DNA from: Octopus bimaculoides
Lineage: Eukaryota
DNA length: 64,000 nucleotides
NCBI RefSeq assembly: GCF_001194135.2
Contig: NC_068986.1
Span: forward strand, 74,435,493 to 74,499,492
Reading direction: 5' to 3'
How positions within the stretch are numbered: the stretch's first letter is position 1; each line of letters begins with the position of its first letter. Below, one piece after another: positions 23,973-37,284 of this stretch. The notes under the pieces are model-generated. The model worked only from the letters and a program-made list of their open reading frames with translations, was not told where the DNA came from and ran no database searches. A program made the position numbers and the translations under genes.

Positions 23973-25243
23973 AAGTTATTAAGAATGAGATGCCTGATTT
24001 TCCTATGCACCAAGTTTCACAGTTGTTAGCTCTAATGTTTTATCCTGACAATTCTTTGTTTTACAACATTGAAGAGTTACATCATCACTTTTCGAAATGC
24101 AATTCATGGTGTCTGATTATATTGTGAGTTTTCTCTTGTAAATCAACTTTTGTGAACCCATGGATAGATCAAAAGTTTGCATTGTTTATGAATACGAGTT
24201 CTGTCATGGGACTAATGCATCCCAGACAGCTTGAAACATCAATGAGGTGTTTGGTGAAGATGCGGCGAGTGAGTACACTGTTTGTCAATGGTTTAAGAAG
24301 TTCCAGTCTGATGACTTTACTCTTGAAAATCAGCCCTGTGGTAGACCTGAGGCCAAGGTGGATAATGATGAGCTGGAAGTGGATACATCTCAAACTACAC
24401 GTGAGTTAGCAGCAAGGTTTGATGTTTCAATTCCAATTGTAGTGGACCCTCTGAATCAAATCGGCAAGATAAAAACGCTGGACAAGTGGGTACCACACGA
24501 ACTAATCAAGCATCAAATGACACATTGTGTTGAAACTTGCTGTTCTTTGCTGTTATGGCATAAGTGAACCATTTTTGCATCGTATTGATACGTGTGATGA
24601 TGAATGGATTCTTTTCAACAGTAGCAAGCGTTCTGTACGGTGGTTAGATAGAGACGAAGTGCCAAAACACAGTCCAAAAGAGAATATTCACCAAAAAGAG
24701 CTTACGGTGTCTGTTTGGTGGCCCAGTGCTGGTGTCATCCACTACAGCTTCATGAGACCTGGTAAGTCAATTACAGCAGATGTATACATCAACCAATTGG
24801 ATGAAATGATGAGTGAACTTACACTTAAACAACCGAGATTGGTCAACAGAGACAGGCCAATTCTTTTGCAAGACAATGCTCAACCACATATTGCACAAAA
24901 TACTCTACTCAAGTTAAATGAACTGAACTTGGAATTACTCTGTCATACAGCATATTCACCAGTTCTTGCACCAGCTGACTATCATGTTTTCCAGGCTTTA
25001 GACAACTTTTCGCAAGGAAAAAAAAACTTAAAATCTGAAGAAAATGCAAAAACAGTCTTTCATGATTTCATCACCTCTTGCTCTCCAGAATTCTTCGCTG
25101 CCAGCATAAATAAGCTACTGATAAAATGGCAAAATTGTGTTAATAATTTAGGTGCATACTTTGATTAACTGTATTGCTTTTGTTGCGATAAAGTAAAATG
25201 AACTCACAGTTCAAAATTGAACATTTCATTCTTAATGACCTAA
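23972..25243 (+). mobile_element. Near full-length (about 1.27 kb) defective mariner transposon, DD34D
   Basis: Transposase runs from ATG 24160 to 25168, with a premature TGA at 24232 and a frameshift near 24565. WVPHEL is present, and QDN...YSPVLAPADY has exactly 34 residues between the Asp residues. TIRs: caagttattaagaatgagatg (23972) vs catttcattcttaatgacctaa (ends 25243), followed by TA. Confidence 0.93.
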
Positions 25244-25248
25244 TATAT

Positions 25249-25288
<40 letters not shown>

Positions 25289-25326
25289 ATGTATGCATAC
25301 ACACACACATATATATATATACATAC

Positions 25327-25373
<47 letters not shown>

Positions 25374-25520
25374 GATAGAGAGAGAGAAATAGATAAATAG
25401 ACAAAANNNNNNNNNNNNNNNNNNNNNNNNNNNNNNNNNNNNNNNNNNNNNNNNNNNNNNNNNTGTGTGTGTGTGTGTGTGTATGTATGCATACACACAC
25501 ACATATATATATATACATAC

Positions 25521-25571
<51 letters not shown>

Positions 25572-25699
25572 GATAGAGAGAGAGAAATAGATAAATAGAC
25601 AAAATGAAATTATAGAAATATCTGAGAGTGGCTAATGGCATGTATATGAACAACAGAGACAAAAACAGGTATACCAAATGCCATACGACATAAATTCTT

Positions 25700-26100
25700 G
25701 CTTTGTAAAAATCATCTTTGCATCTAGAGTATGTGTCACAATTACTAAATGACAATTGAAACCAGTTCCATTTGAGAGGAGCAAATAATTTCAAGAATGA
25801 AGAATTTCTCAAAAGCTGACTTGCCACTAAAGAAAAGGACATGCTTATTGTCTGATAAGAGGACAGTCATGGGTATGTGCTTCTACCTCAATAAGCATCA
25901 TCAACATGACAGTTGTCCTAATCTATATCCAACAGCCAAGGGGCATAGATATATGCAAAAAAATAGCAGAAAACATTTATGAACAACATAGACAAATAAA
26001 AGCATACAAAATATTCTATAATATAAATTCTGAATTTGGTAAAATTAATTCTGCTTCTAGAAGGAGGTATATCACAATTACTATTTGGTAACTAAGACCA
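25700..26100 (+). pseudogene. Possible highly decayed LINE APE endonuclease remnant
   Basis: MTVVLIYI..AKG.DICKKIAENIYEQ loosely resembles the IIQVYAPT...E.FYEQL motif of RTE endonucleases. Confidence 0.35.
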
Positions 26101-26702
26101 GGAACATATGAGAAGGGGAATAAAGAACTCTCTTTAGTTAAGTTGCCATTAAGGAAAAGGACAGGTTTATTGTCAGGTGATTAGAAGAGAACTGTGTACA
26201 TATATTTCTCCATCAAAAGTCCTCATCAGCAGCAAATTGTCCTACATTATATCTTGTAGCCATGGGGCTTGAACACGTGCAGAAAAGAGGAGAGAACACA
26301 CACACATGTGCACGTGCACACACATACACACAGCATGGCTGTGTGGTTCCCAAACATGTGGGTATGGGTACAGTTCCACTGTGCAGCTCCTAGGGCAAGT
26401 GTCTTTTACTATAAACCTTGAACCTTTTGAGTGGATTTGGCTGACAGAAACTGAAAGAAACTCATTATATTTGTGTGTGTGTTTGAGTGTACGTGTGTAC
26501 TTTTTGTGCAGACTTACTAGCTCTGGTCAAACTGTCCAACCCATGCCAGCATTGATAATGGATGCTTGATGATGATGATGATGATGATGTTAACTTGTGT
26601 AGGTTGAATTGTTTAAAATATTAATGAAAGAAATTTAGCTGTTTCTTGCATTAAATTCATCTGAATCAAAATTTTTTCAAGGACTTTGAAGATACTATTG
26701 TG

Positions 26703-27092
26703 AGGAATGGCTGTGTGGTAAGTAGCTTGCTTACCAACCACATGGTTCCGGGTTCAGTCCCACTGCATGGCACCTTGGGCAAGTGTCTTCTACTATAGCC
26801 TCGGGCCGACCAAAGCCTTATGAGTGGATTTGGTAGACAGAAACTGAAAGATGCCCATCGTATATATGTATATATATATATATGTGTGTTTGTGTGTCTG
26901 TGTTTGTCCCCTCCCCAACATCGCTTGACAACCGATGCTGGTGTGTTTACGACCCCGTAACTTAGCGGTTCGGCAAAAGAGACCGATAGAATAAGTACTA
27001 GGCTTACAAAGAATAAGTCCTGGGCTTGATTTGCTCAACTAAAGGCGGTGCTCCAGCATGGCCACAGTCAAATGACTGAAACATGTAAAAGA
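26703..27092 (+). mobile_element. SINE family A copy
   Basis: Near-identical to 51551-51975. Confidence 0.85.
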
Positions 27093-27611
27093 GAGATATC
27101 CTCAATTTACTATTTTGCTAGTGTAGGCCCTCAAAAATCATACGTAGACTCTCAAGGGTCATATGGGTCTTGCTGTAGCAGAACAACACATGGATTATAG
27201 CAACATCTCAATAACATTAATAAAACAAGCAGAGTTTGCACAAAGCAGGGATAGAACGATTTTAATCTTTTCTAGGATACAAAAGATTACAATCACCATC
27301 TTTTTCCCATTTGTTGGCATTGATTAAGTAATTTCTGACAATGGTAAATTATCATTTAGTTCTTCAAATGCATTTGGTGATTTATTGTGTTACAGAGTTT
27401 AGATCAGAATTTTGGCTGATTATCGCTTTGATCTATATATATAGTTCAGCATCATACATACATATCCGCAGCTGATAAATATGAACACATGGTCAATTTA
27501 AAAAGCTATAAGTAAACTACTGTCAACATATTTAATACATGAAAGGAACATCAAAAAGATAACTAGAAACAGATACACAGGGTAAAAAAGAAATTAGTTA
27601 TTATTATTATG

Positions 27612-27658
<47 letters not shown>

Positions 27659-27885
27659 TATTATTATTAAAGGCAGTGAGGTGACAAAATCGTTAGCACA
27701 CTGGGCGAAATGCTTAGCAAGCAGTATTTCATCTGTCTTTATGTTCTGAGTTCAAATTCCGCCAAGGTTGACTTTGCCTTTCATCTGTTCTGGGTCAATA
27801 AATAAAGTATCAGTTGTGTACTGGGGTCAATCTAATTGACTGGCTCCCTCCCTCCAAATTTCAGGTCTTGTGCCTATAGTAAAAA

Positions 27886-28640
27886 TCTGTTGCCTGGCAG
27901 TGCTATCAAGGGGCACAGCCTGTTTGGGATAAACTTTACAGGCACGAAAGTTCTGTCAGCTGGACCTGCTTGAGGTACACCCAGAACAATGAAACCATTC
28001 TGCAGGCCCTAGTCCAATGCCTGAGTATTGTTGACCTGTGGGTTTATGTCGAACACTTGCTGTCGCGTGTGGGATGGATCTGGCTGTCAGCTGAATCCAT
28101 TGTGAAGATTTCCCCACCACCCTCTTTTGGCCAGGAGAGGCAGGCAATTTTTATTTGTCTAGTGGCTGTAGTGAAAGAGGTAGTATGGTGGACCCATTTG
28201 AAAGGGCTTAAGACAGACACTTTCCTCTTTTCCCAAGCCCTCATCAATTTTTTAAGGTTTCACTTGAAAAGGAAGTTGTGGGTGGAGAGGGAAGTGTTGC
28301 TTTGTAGCAAGTTTGTTGAAAAGTGGGTAAATGTTGGAAGAATGACCAGTGTGAAAGGACCAATTCTGAGCATGCACAAGTAAAAAGGAAATTAAAGGAG
28401 AAGGGCTCTGCTCTGTTGGTCAGGCACCTGTAGGTTTTGTGGGGTTTTCCACAAGGACCTTTAGGGTTAGGGTTAGGGAGTTTTAATTTGTTCAATTTAT
28501 ATCATTATTACATCGTATACATGCGAAAACCCATTGTATCGTCCTGTTTTTTTGTCTTTTATGTTGTATGTCATTTAATGTTTTGTATGTGAGCCATTGT
28601 GGCTAATAAAAGAATAAATTATTTTTATTATTATTATTAT
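27886..28640 (+). mobile_element. 5'-truncated Tx1/L1-clade LINE (ORF2 C-terminus + 3' UTR)
   Basis: Open frame 27886-28383 reads SVAWQCYQGAQPVWDKLYRH...TCLRYTQNNETILQALVQC..LW...KEVVWW...FVEKW, a degenerate CCHC knuckle region typical of L1/Tx1 ORF2. The 3' UTR ends AATAAA followed by (TTA)n. Confidence 0.75.
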
Positions 28641-28846
28641 TAGCTGGCAAAATTGTTAGCATGCCAAGCAAAATGTTTAGCAGTATTTTGTCCATCCTTA
28701 GGCTCTGAGTTCAAATTCCGCTGAGGTCAACTTTGCCTTTCATCCTTTTGGGAGTCAATGAAATAAGTACCAGTTATGCACTGGGGTTGATGTAATTGAC
28801 TTGCCCCTCTCCCAAAGTTTCAGGCCTTGTACCCATAGTAGAAAGG

Positions 28847-28881
<35 letters not shown>

Positions 28882-30363
28882 CATCATTATTAACTCTCTG
28901 GCATTCAGATTACTCTGTCAAATGTAATGCTTAGTTATTCACATTGGTTTTGGATTAATCATGCATTATCATCCAACTACAAGATTTTGATTGATGACGT
29001 GATTGTTTAATTTTAGAATGGCATTGTAGTGTAGGAGTAAGAGGCAGGATCTGGTTGGCTTAAATGTAAAGCAAGTAGAATATTTGAGCCAGATATGGCT
29101 GGTTTAAGTGCTGAAAGGTGAAGACTGTAAGCTGGCAATATTATTAGACAAAATATTTAGTCATATTTTTTTTGGTTTTACATTCTGAATTCATTTGCTG
29201 CCCAGATTAAGTTTATCTTTTGTTCTTTCAAGGTCGAGAAAATAAGTACCAGTTGAGTACTGGGGTCAATGTAATCAACTAATCCTTCCTCACTGAATTT
29301 TAAATCTTGTGCCAATAGTAGAATTTTCTACTCATTTTCTAACTGTATGTTTTATATGTACTTGGCTTTCTAATGCTTCGTGCTTTGAAATAGATTAACA
29401 ATAACTTTATTGTTTGCTATGCACATGGCGTTTCAGAATAATACAAAATATGTTATTTTTTATACTTAGTATATATTTGTTTCAAATTTGATTTCAAATT
29501 TTAGCACAAAGCCAGCAGTTTTGGGGGATGGGGAAAGTCAATTGCAATGACTCAAATACTCAGCTGGTACTTATTTTATTGACCCCCAAAAGGACGGAAA
29601 GCAAAGTTGACCTGGGCAGAATTTGAACTCAGAACATAAAGTTGTCCTGTTAAGTATCCATATGAAATGATTGGGCAGGTTTTTAGGGTTATTATATTTT
29701 GTTTGTTTTTAATGTTCAGCCTATTTTAGATATGGTATGGATATTTATAACCACACAGCCATGCCTGCATTACATTTGGTCAAAATCTACATGTGAAACA
29801 CAGAGTTATAGTTATATGACACACTCACCAATGTAGTTTAATCATCAGATTCACAGATGGTTTCGTTTCTTTACCTCTTCTGTCTCTGTTACAACAACTC
29901 TACCACTCTAAGCTATCAATCTACATACTTTCTGTCTACTCAGACCCTCTTGATCTGCATACCCTTTCTCTACCCAAATTCTTTATTAGTTTGCTCCCAT
30001 GTTGCACATGAAACATTTCACCCATCCCTATTTCCCCAAATATTAAAATTCCACTGGAATTTCTCACTTATACTTTTCATGCAATTCTTGATGTAGAAGC
30101 TCAACACTACTACTATACAACAATTTCACCAATGTGGAATGATCCAAATAAATCAAAACCAATTGTTCTTTTCCTTGTCCTTTAATTAATTAATTAATTA
30201 GGCACAAGCATGGCTGTGTGGTAAGAAACTTGCTTCCCAACCACATGGTTCTGAGTTCAGTCCCACTGCATGGCACCATGGGCAAGTGTCTTCTGCTATG
30301 GCCTTGGGCTGACAAAAGCCTTGTGAGTGGATTTGGTCGATGGAAATTGAAAGAAGCCTGTTG

Positions 30364-30399
<36 letters not shown>

Positions 30400-31009
30400 T
30401 GTCAGTATGAGCATGTCTTCATGTGTGTTTGTCACCTCATTACCATTTGACAACTGGTGTTGGTGTGTTTGCTTCCTTGTAACTTAGCAGTCCATCAAAA
30501 GAAACCAATAGAATATGTACCAAACATAAAAAATAAGTTCTGGGGTTGAATTATTCAAAAAAAAATTCAGTGGGGTGCTCCAGCATGTCGGCAATCTAAT
30601 GACTGAAGCAAGTAAAAGATAAATGATAAATCAATCAATTAATTAAATAATTAAAAAAAAGAGGGACTTTATATGAAATAGTGGGTCTCAAGATTGAGCA
30701 AGTACAAAATCAGTAGACAGAAGACATTGTGCTGAACAGACAAATGGAAAAAAATAAGTTCTATAAATTAGGGTGGTGGTGGTAGTGGCACCGGTGGTGG
30801 TGGTGGTAGTGGCAGTGATGGGAAGTGGGAGGAGGTAACAGGTATGATGGGAGTAATAGTATTAAATGTATTCATGGTGTCGAAATCTTATTAAAGTGTA
30901 TCTTTAAGTGATGATGTATTGGTTTGTGGTTGGAACAAGAATTACTTATGTTAGAAAGGACTTCAGAAAAATACATCTATCTTAATTTGAATCGATTTCT
31001 AATATTTCA

Positions 31010-31040
<31 letters not shown>

Positions 31041-33139
31041 TTCTCTCTCTCTCTTCCTCTCTCTTTCTCTCACCCCTCTCTCTCTCTTTCTCTCTCTCTC
31101 TCTCTGCCTCTCTCTCTTTCTCTCACCCTCTCTCTCACCCTCTCTCTCACCCTCTCTCTCACCCTCTCTCTCNNNNNNNNNNNNNNNNNNNNNNNNNNNN
31201 NNNNNNNNNNNNNNNNNNNNNNNNNNNNNNNNNNNNNNNNNNNNNNNNNNNNNNNNNNNNNNNNNNNNNNNNNNNNNNNNNNNNNNNNNNNNNNNNNNNN
31301 NNNNNNNNNNNNNNNNNNNNNNNNNNNNNNNNNNNNNNNNNNNNNNNNNNNNNNNNNNNNNNNNNNNNNNNNNNNNNNNNNNNNNNNNNNNNNNNNNNNN
31401 NNNNNNNNNNNNNNNNNNNNNNNNNNNNNNNNNNNNNNNNNNNNNNNNNNNNNNNNNNNNNNNNNNNNNNNNNNNNNNNNNNNNNNNNNNNNNNNNNNNN
31501 NNNNNNNNNNNNNNNNNNNNNNNNNNNNNNNNNNNNNNNNNNNNNNNNNNNNNNNNNNNNNNNNNNNNNNNNNNNNNNNNNNNNNNNNNNNNNNNNNNNN
31601 NNNNNNNNNNNNNNNNNNNNNNNNNNNNNNNNNNNNNNNNNNNNNNNNNNNNNNNNNNNNNNNNNNNNNNNNNNNNNNNNNNNNNNNNNNNNNNNNNNNN
31701 CTCCCCCTCTCTCTCTCCCCCTCTCTCCTTTTCTCTCCCCCCTCCCCCTCTCTGATATAAATGGGACTTTGTTTAATTTCATGTATATTTTATGTACTGT
31801 CTGACATTTTTACCTGCTGTCTATCACACTGTCCTGGGGTCTCATTTATTTAGTCACATATTCTATCACATTATCATATTTGTACTTTTATCAGTCATGA
31901 ATAGTAATTTATTCTACTACATTGTAATTTATTCAGTAACATACAGGTACAACATTGATTTTCTGAAACCTTTGGTCCTAAAGTCTTTCCAGCTTACTGA
32001 TTTTTCCAAATCAGGGCCGGCTGGTTACCTTGGTTAACACACCTTAAATCAAACAATTACCAAATTTACTTGAATAATTAAATGAAATACAAGAATCTGT
32101 GCATTAGTATTAAAAATACAGATCTTTAATACTATACTGTACGAGAGACTAGTGAACTAGTCTGGCAGAAGAACTTGAAGTTCCTGCTCAGAAATTAGTG
32201 CAGACTATAAGCGGTTCCAGACCATCAGTGTCTGGGAAGTTGGTGTTGTACATGTAGTCCCTATCATATGTCCAGATGTTATCCTATTTATTGTATGTTA
32301 TAGTCATCATCATCATCATCGTTTAACGTCCGCTTTCCATGCTAGCATGGGTTGGACGATTTGACTGAGGACTGGTGAACCAGATGGCTACACCAGGCTC
32401 CAATCTGATTTGGCAGAGTTTCTACAGCTAGATGCCCTTCCTAACGCCAACCACTCCGAGAGTGTAGTGGGTGTTTTTACNNNNNNNNNNNNNNNNNNNN
32501 NNNNNNNNNNNNNNNNNNNNNNNNNNNNNNNNNNNNNNNNNNNNNNNNNNNNNNNNNNNNNNNNNNNNNNNNNNNNNNNNNNNNNNNNNNNNNNNNNNNN
32601 NNNNNNNNNNNNNNNNNNNNNNNNNNNNNNNNNNNNNNNNNNNNNNNNNNNNNNNNNNNNNNNNNNNNNNNNNNNNNNNNNNNNNNNNNNNNNNNNNNNN
32701 NNNNNNNNNNNNNNNNNNNNNNNNNNNNNNNNNNNNNNNNNNNNNNNNNNNNNNNNNNNNNNNNNNNNNNNNNNNNNNNNNNNNNNNNNNNNNNNNNNNN
32801 NNNNNNNNNNNNNNNNNNNNNNNNNNNNNNNNNNNNNNNNNNNNNNNNNNNNNNNNNNNNNNNNNNNNNNNNNNNNNNNNNNNNNNNNNNNNNNNNNNNN
32901 NNNNNNNNNNNNNNNNNNNNNNNNNNNNNNNNNNNNNNNNNNNNNNNNNNNNNNNNNNNNNNNNNNNNNNNNNNNNNNNNNNNNNNNNNNNNNNNNNNNN
33001 NNNNNNNNNNNNNNNNNNNNNNNNNNNNNNNNNNNNNNNNNNNNNNNNNNNNNNNNNNNNNNNNNNNNNNNNNNNNNNNNNNNNNNNNNNNNNNNNNNNN
33101 NNNNNNNNNNNNNNNNNNNNNNNNNNNNNNNNNNNNNNN

Positions 33140-33327
33140 AAATGCTTAGTGGTATTTCGTCTGCCATTACATTCTGAGTTCAAATTCCGCCGAGATGGAC
33201 TTTGCCTTTCATTCTTTCGGGGTCGATAAATTAAGTCCCAGTTACACACTGGGGTCGATGTAATTGACTTAATCTCTTTGTCCGTCCCCTCTATGTTTCG
33301 CCTCTTGTGGACAATAAAGAAATAAGA
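33140..33327 (+). mobile_element. SINE family B (Meta-domain-like core). Other copies lie at about 1173-1264, 4335-4560, 27669-27885, 28642-28850, 33330-33530, 35330-35525, 35988-36202, 37295-37745 and 54148-54375
   Basis: B box gagttcaaattcc followed by gactttgcctttcattctttcggggtcgataaattaagtcccag, similar to the recalled MetaSINE core (cagccttccatccttccgaggtcggtaaaatgagtacc). Confidence 0.75.
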
Positions 33328-33566
33328 ATCGTTAGCACATTGGGCTAAATGCTTCGCGGCATTTCATCCGTCTATATATTTTGAGTTCAAATTCTATTAT
33401 AGTCAGCTTTGCTTTTCATCCTTTTGGGGTCAATAAAATAAATACCAGTTAAACACTGGGGTCGACGTATTCGTCTTTACCCACTTCCCTGAAATTACTG
33501 ACCTTGTGCCAAAGTGTGAAACTAATATTTGGCTTGATGTCATTGTTGGATCTTTTAGAATGTTTT

Positions 33567-33603
<37 letters not shown>

Positions 33604-35522
33604 ACTCTGCTTTTGCTACTGATAGTATTACCATTGTCATCATCATCACCACCACCACAGTGAGGCCTTCAGTGTGGTTGCTTGGTCTGCTGGACATATT
33701 AGCTAAATCTCTCCCAAATAACAAGCTTCTATTCTTAAACAAGGAAGGAAGTAGTTGATCATATAGCCTTGTACACCCCTAAAAGGACCAAATGTTAATG
33801 GTTGATTCACCCCACCTTCAATCATAAGCCTGCTTGATCAGGGTTGGCTTTAGACAAAACATCATTAACATCACCATTCTTATCACCACCATCCCTGCTG
33901 CTACTACTATAAGTTGACAGTTAACACCATCATCCTCATCACTATTATCAACATCACTGCTATTATCATCCTCATCCTCACCATCATTATCATCATCATC
34001 ATCATCATCATCATCATAGCATGAGGCATTTATGTATAGTAATGCCCTTAATATATATACATATATATATATATACATCATTTCTCATTAAATTCCTCAA
34101 TGTTTCAATGTTAAAACAAGCCATTCACACACATAGGTGGGGAAGCTTTTGAATGGAACAGCAACCAGTCTCAGACATCAGAAGCTATCTGACCTCCAAC
34201 CTCTTGTCAATGAGCTGACCTAGCTTAATCTTTAAATTCTCTTAATCTCTGAAAAATACTGAAAACACCATTTATAATACTTCATATTTGTCAGAATGTT
34301 AAAATAAAGCCAATTCTATTGAATTTTGTGATATGCCTTGACTTATAATGGTATTATCTCTTTGATTTTTATGCCCCAAACTACATTTTTGTGGAGCTTT
34401 GTAGCATATTAGCTGAGTTCTCCATTCTGTTTAATGCATAGAGAGGTGCCAGCTGTATCATCGTCATCATCATCATCGTTCAATGTCTGTTTTCCATGCT
34501 GGCATGAGTTGGACGATTTGACTGAGGTCTGGAAAGCCAGCAGCTAGACCAAGCTCCAATCTGATCTGGCAAGGTTTCTACAGCTGGATGCCCTTCCTAA
34601 CGCTAACCACTCCAAGAGTGCAGTGGGTGTTTTTTACATGCCATCAGCACGAGAGTCAGTAAGGTGGCCCTGACGTTGATCATGTTCAGATAGTGCTTTT
34701 TACGTGCCACCAGCACAGGAGCCAGTCAGGCGGCACTGGCAACGACCACGTTCAGATGGTGCTTTTTATGTGCACTGGCACAGGAGCTAGTTAGGCGGAC
34801 CTGGGATCGACTACATTCAGATAGTGCTTTTTTCATGCCACCGGCTAAGGTACAGCCAGTCGCTAGTTGTTTATATAACACAGGTGCCCAGGCATGGCTG
34901 TGTGGTAAGAAGTTTGCTTACCAACTACATGGTTCTGGGTTCAGTCCCACTGTGTGGCACCCTGGGCAAGTGTCTTTTGCTACTTCCCTGGACTCACCAA
35001 AACCTTGTGAGTGGATTTGGTAGACAGAAACTGAAACAAGCGCATTGCATATATATGTGTGTGTGTGCATGTGTGTGTTTTTCTGTCTGTGTTTGTCTCC
35101 CCACTACCTCTTGACAACCACTATTGGTGCGTTTATGTCTCCATGACTTAGCAGTTCAGCACAAGAGACCGATAAAATAAGTACCAGGCTTAACAAAAGG
35201 ATATAAAAAAATAAGTACTAGGTTTGTTTCATTTGACAAAGAAACTTCAATGTGGTGCTCCAGCATTGCCACAGTCTGATGACTGAAACAAGTAACAAAT
35301 AAAAAAAGCAAAAAGTAAATGATAGTGCATGGGGGCAGGGACCAACTGTGAGAGAAAGAAAAGTATAGACTCAATGCTGGATTGGTGCTTATTTTTGTCA
35401 ACCCTAAAAGGATAAAATATCGAGTCAACTTCAGCATCATTTGAACTCAGAATGTAAGGAACCAGAAGAAATGCTGCTATGCATTTTGTCTGGCATGGTA
35501 AAGATTCTTCCAGCTTACCACC

Positions 35523-35569
<47 letters not shown>

Positions 35570-35955
35570 GTTGTTGGCACTCCGTCGCTTACGACGTCGA
35601 GGGTTCTAGTTGATCCGATTAACGGAACAGCCTGCTCGTGAAATTAACGTGCAAATGGCTGAGTACTCCACAGACACGTGTACCCTTAACGTAGTTCTCG
35701 GGGATATTCAGCGTGACACAGTGTGACAAGGCTGACCCTTTGAATTACAGACAAGTAATTAAAACAGGAAGTAAGAGTGAGAGAAAGTTGTGGTGAAAGA
35801 GTACAGCAGGGTTCGCCACCATCCCCTGCCGGAGCATCGTGGAGCTTTAGGTGTTTTCGCTCAATAAACACTCACAACGCCTGGTCTGGGAATCGAAACC
35901 GCGATCCTATGACCTTGAGTCCGCTGCCCTAACCACTGGGCCATTGCACCTCCAC
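35570..35955 (-). mobile_element. Second copy of the tRNA-Arg-like SINE
   Basis: Near-identical to 8712-9072, but retains a segment of about 24 bp that is deleted there. Confidence 0.85.
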
Positions 35956-36223
35956 TAATAATACTACTAATAATAATAATAGTAATAAAGGTGGCGAGCT
36001 GGCAGAAACAGTAGCATGTCGGATGAAATGCTTAGCGGTATTTCGTCTGTCTTTACGTTCTGAGTTCAAATTCCACCGGAGTCGACTTTGCCTTTCATCC
36101 TTTCAGGGTCGATTAAATAAGTACCAGTTATGCACTGGGATCGATGTAATTGACTGAATCCCTTTGTCTGTCTCGTTTGTCCCCTCTTAGCCCCCTGTGG
36201 CCAAAAAAAAAAAAATAATAATG

Positions 36224-36258
<35 letters not shown>

Positions 36259-36419
36259 TATGTCACATGTAAACAAAGATAAGTTTGTTTTTGAAGCGTT
36301 GAAATGTATTGTAGAACAAGAAGATAGATATATTTTTTAAATACTGATAGAGCAGCATATATAGGATAAAATCCTTTTAGAGCATAAAAATTTGTCGGCA
36401 ACCAAGTTTGTCGATCCTA

Positions 36420-36525
36420 ATAATAATTAATTCTTTATTGGCCACGAGGGCTCACATACAATAACATTAAAGGACATGCAACAACATAAAAGACAAAAAC
36501 GGGACGATATAATGGGTTTTACAGC
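36420..36525 (-). mobile_element. Second Tx1 3' end fragment
   Basis: The reverse complement (cccattatatcgtcccgtttttgtc...tatgtgagccctcgtggccaataaag) matches 28530-28620. Confidence 0.75.
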
Positions 36526-36647
36526 GTGCAAACAAGAAAAATGATAAAAAGTTGACGTTGGCAGAATTTGAACTCAGATTGTAGCGACGGGTGAAATACC
36601 AGTAAGCCTTTTATCCAGCGTGCCAACTTAATAATAATAATAATAAC

Positions 36648-36678
<31 letters not shown>

Positions 36679-37234
36679 TGCCTCGATGCAGTACGAGGCA
36701 CTGACTTTCATGGGTTCTGATCTTAACTGATTGGAAGTGCTATCATGTACATTGCTTTGTCTTGGCATAAAAAATGGGCTACAGCAATTATTCTGCTCAA
36801 TATCACAGATTTGTTTGTCAATTGTTTTACTTTAACCAGTCAAGCATGCCCCTTGGTTGCTGATAATATGTGCATCTCTAATCATGAGCAGAAGTGGTGG
36901 GGGAGAATCACATTGATGTGTTTAGTGGAATTCTTTGGGGTTTGAATAATTCACTTCAGCAAACGTTTGTGTTTCATTCATCATCCTTAAACAAACCTTA
37001 TTCAGGGACCATTTGAGTGAGATGGGCTACTTACCCTGAAGAAAATTCTAACTGGGCCCCACCTGCAATGTCATGCACTGTTTATCTTGATATGAGATCA
37101 CCATATTGCACATATATGGTTGTGATGCATGTGTCTGGTATACCCTTATCAGACGAGTAGTCATGATGATGTGTATACTGGGCTTTGTGTTTTATCCCAG
37201 CATTTCTTTGATGGTATGTGCTGCTCTCTCACTC

Positions 37235-37284
<50 letters not shown>

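Noticed and set aside
25240-25605. Direct duplication of a compound microsatellite across a gap
   Set aside because: An identical copy abuts the N-run, which indicates a contig-overlap artefact.
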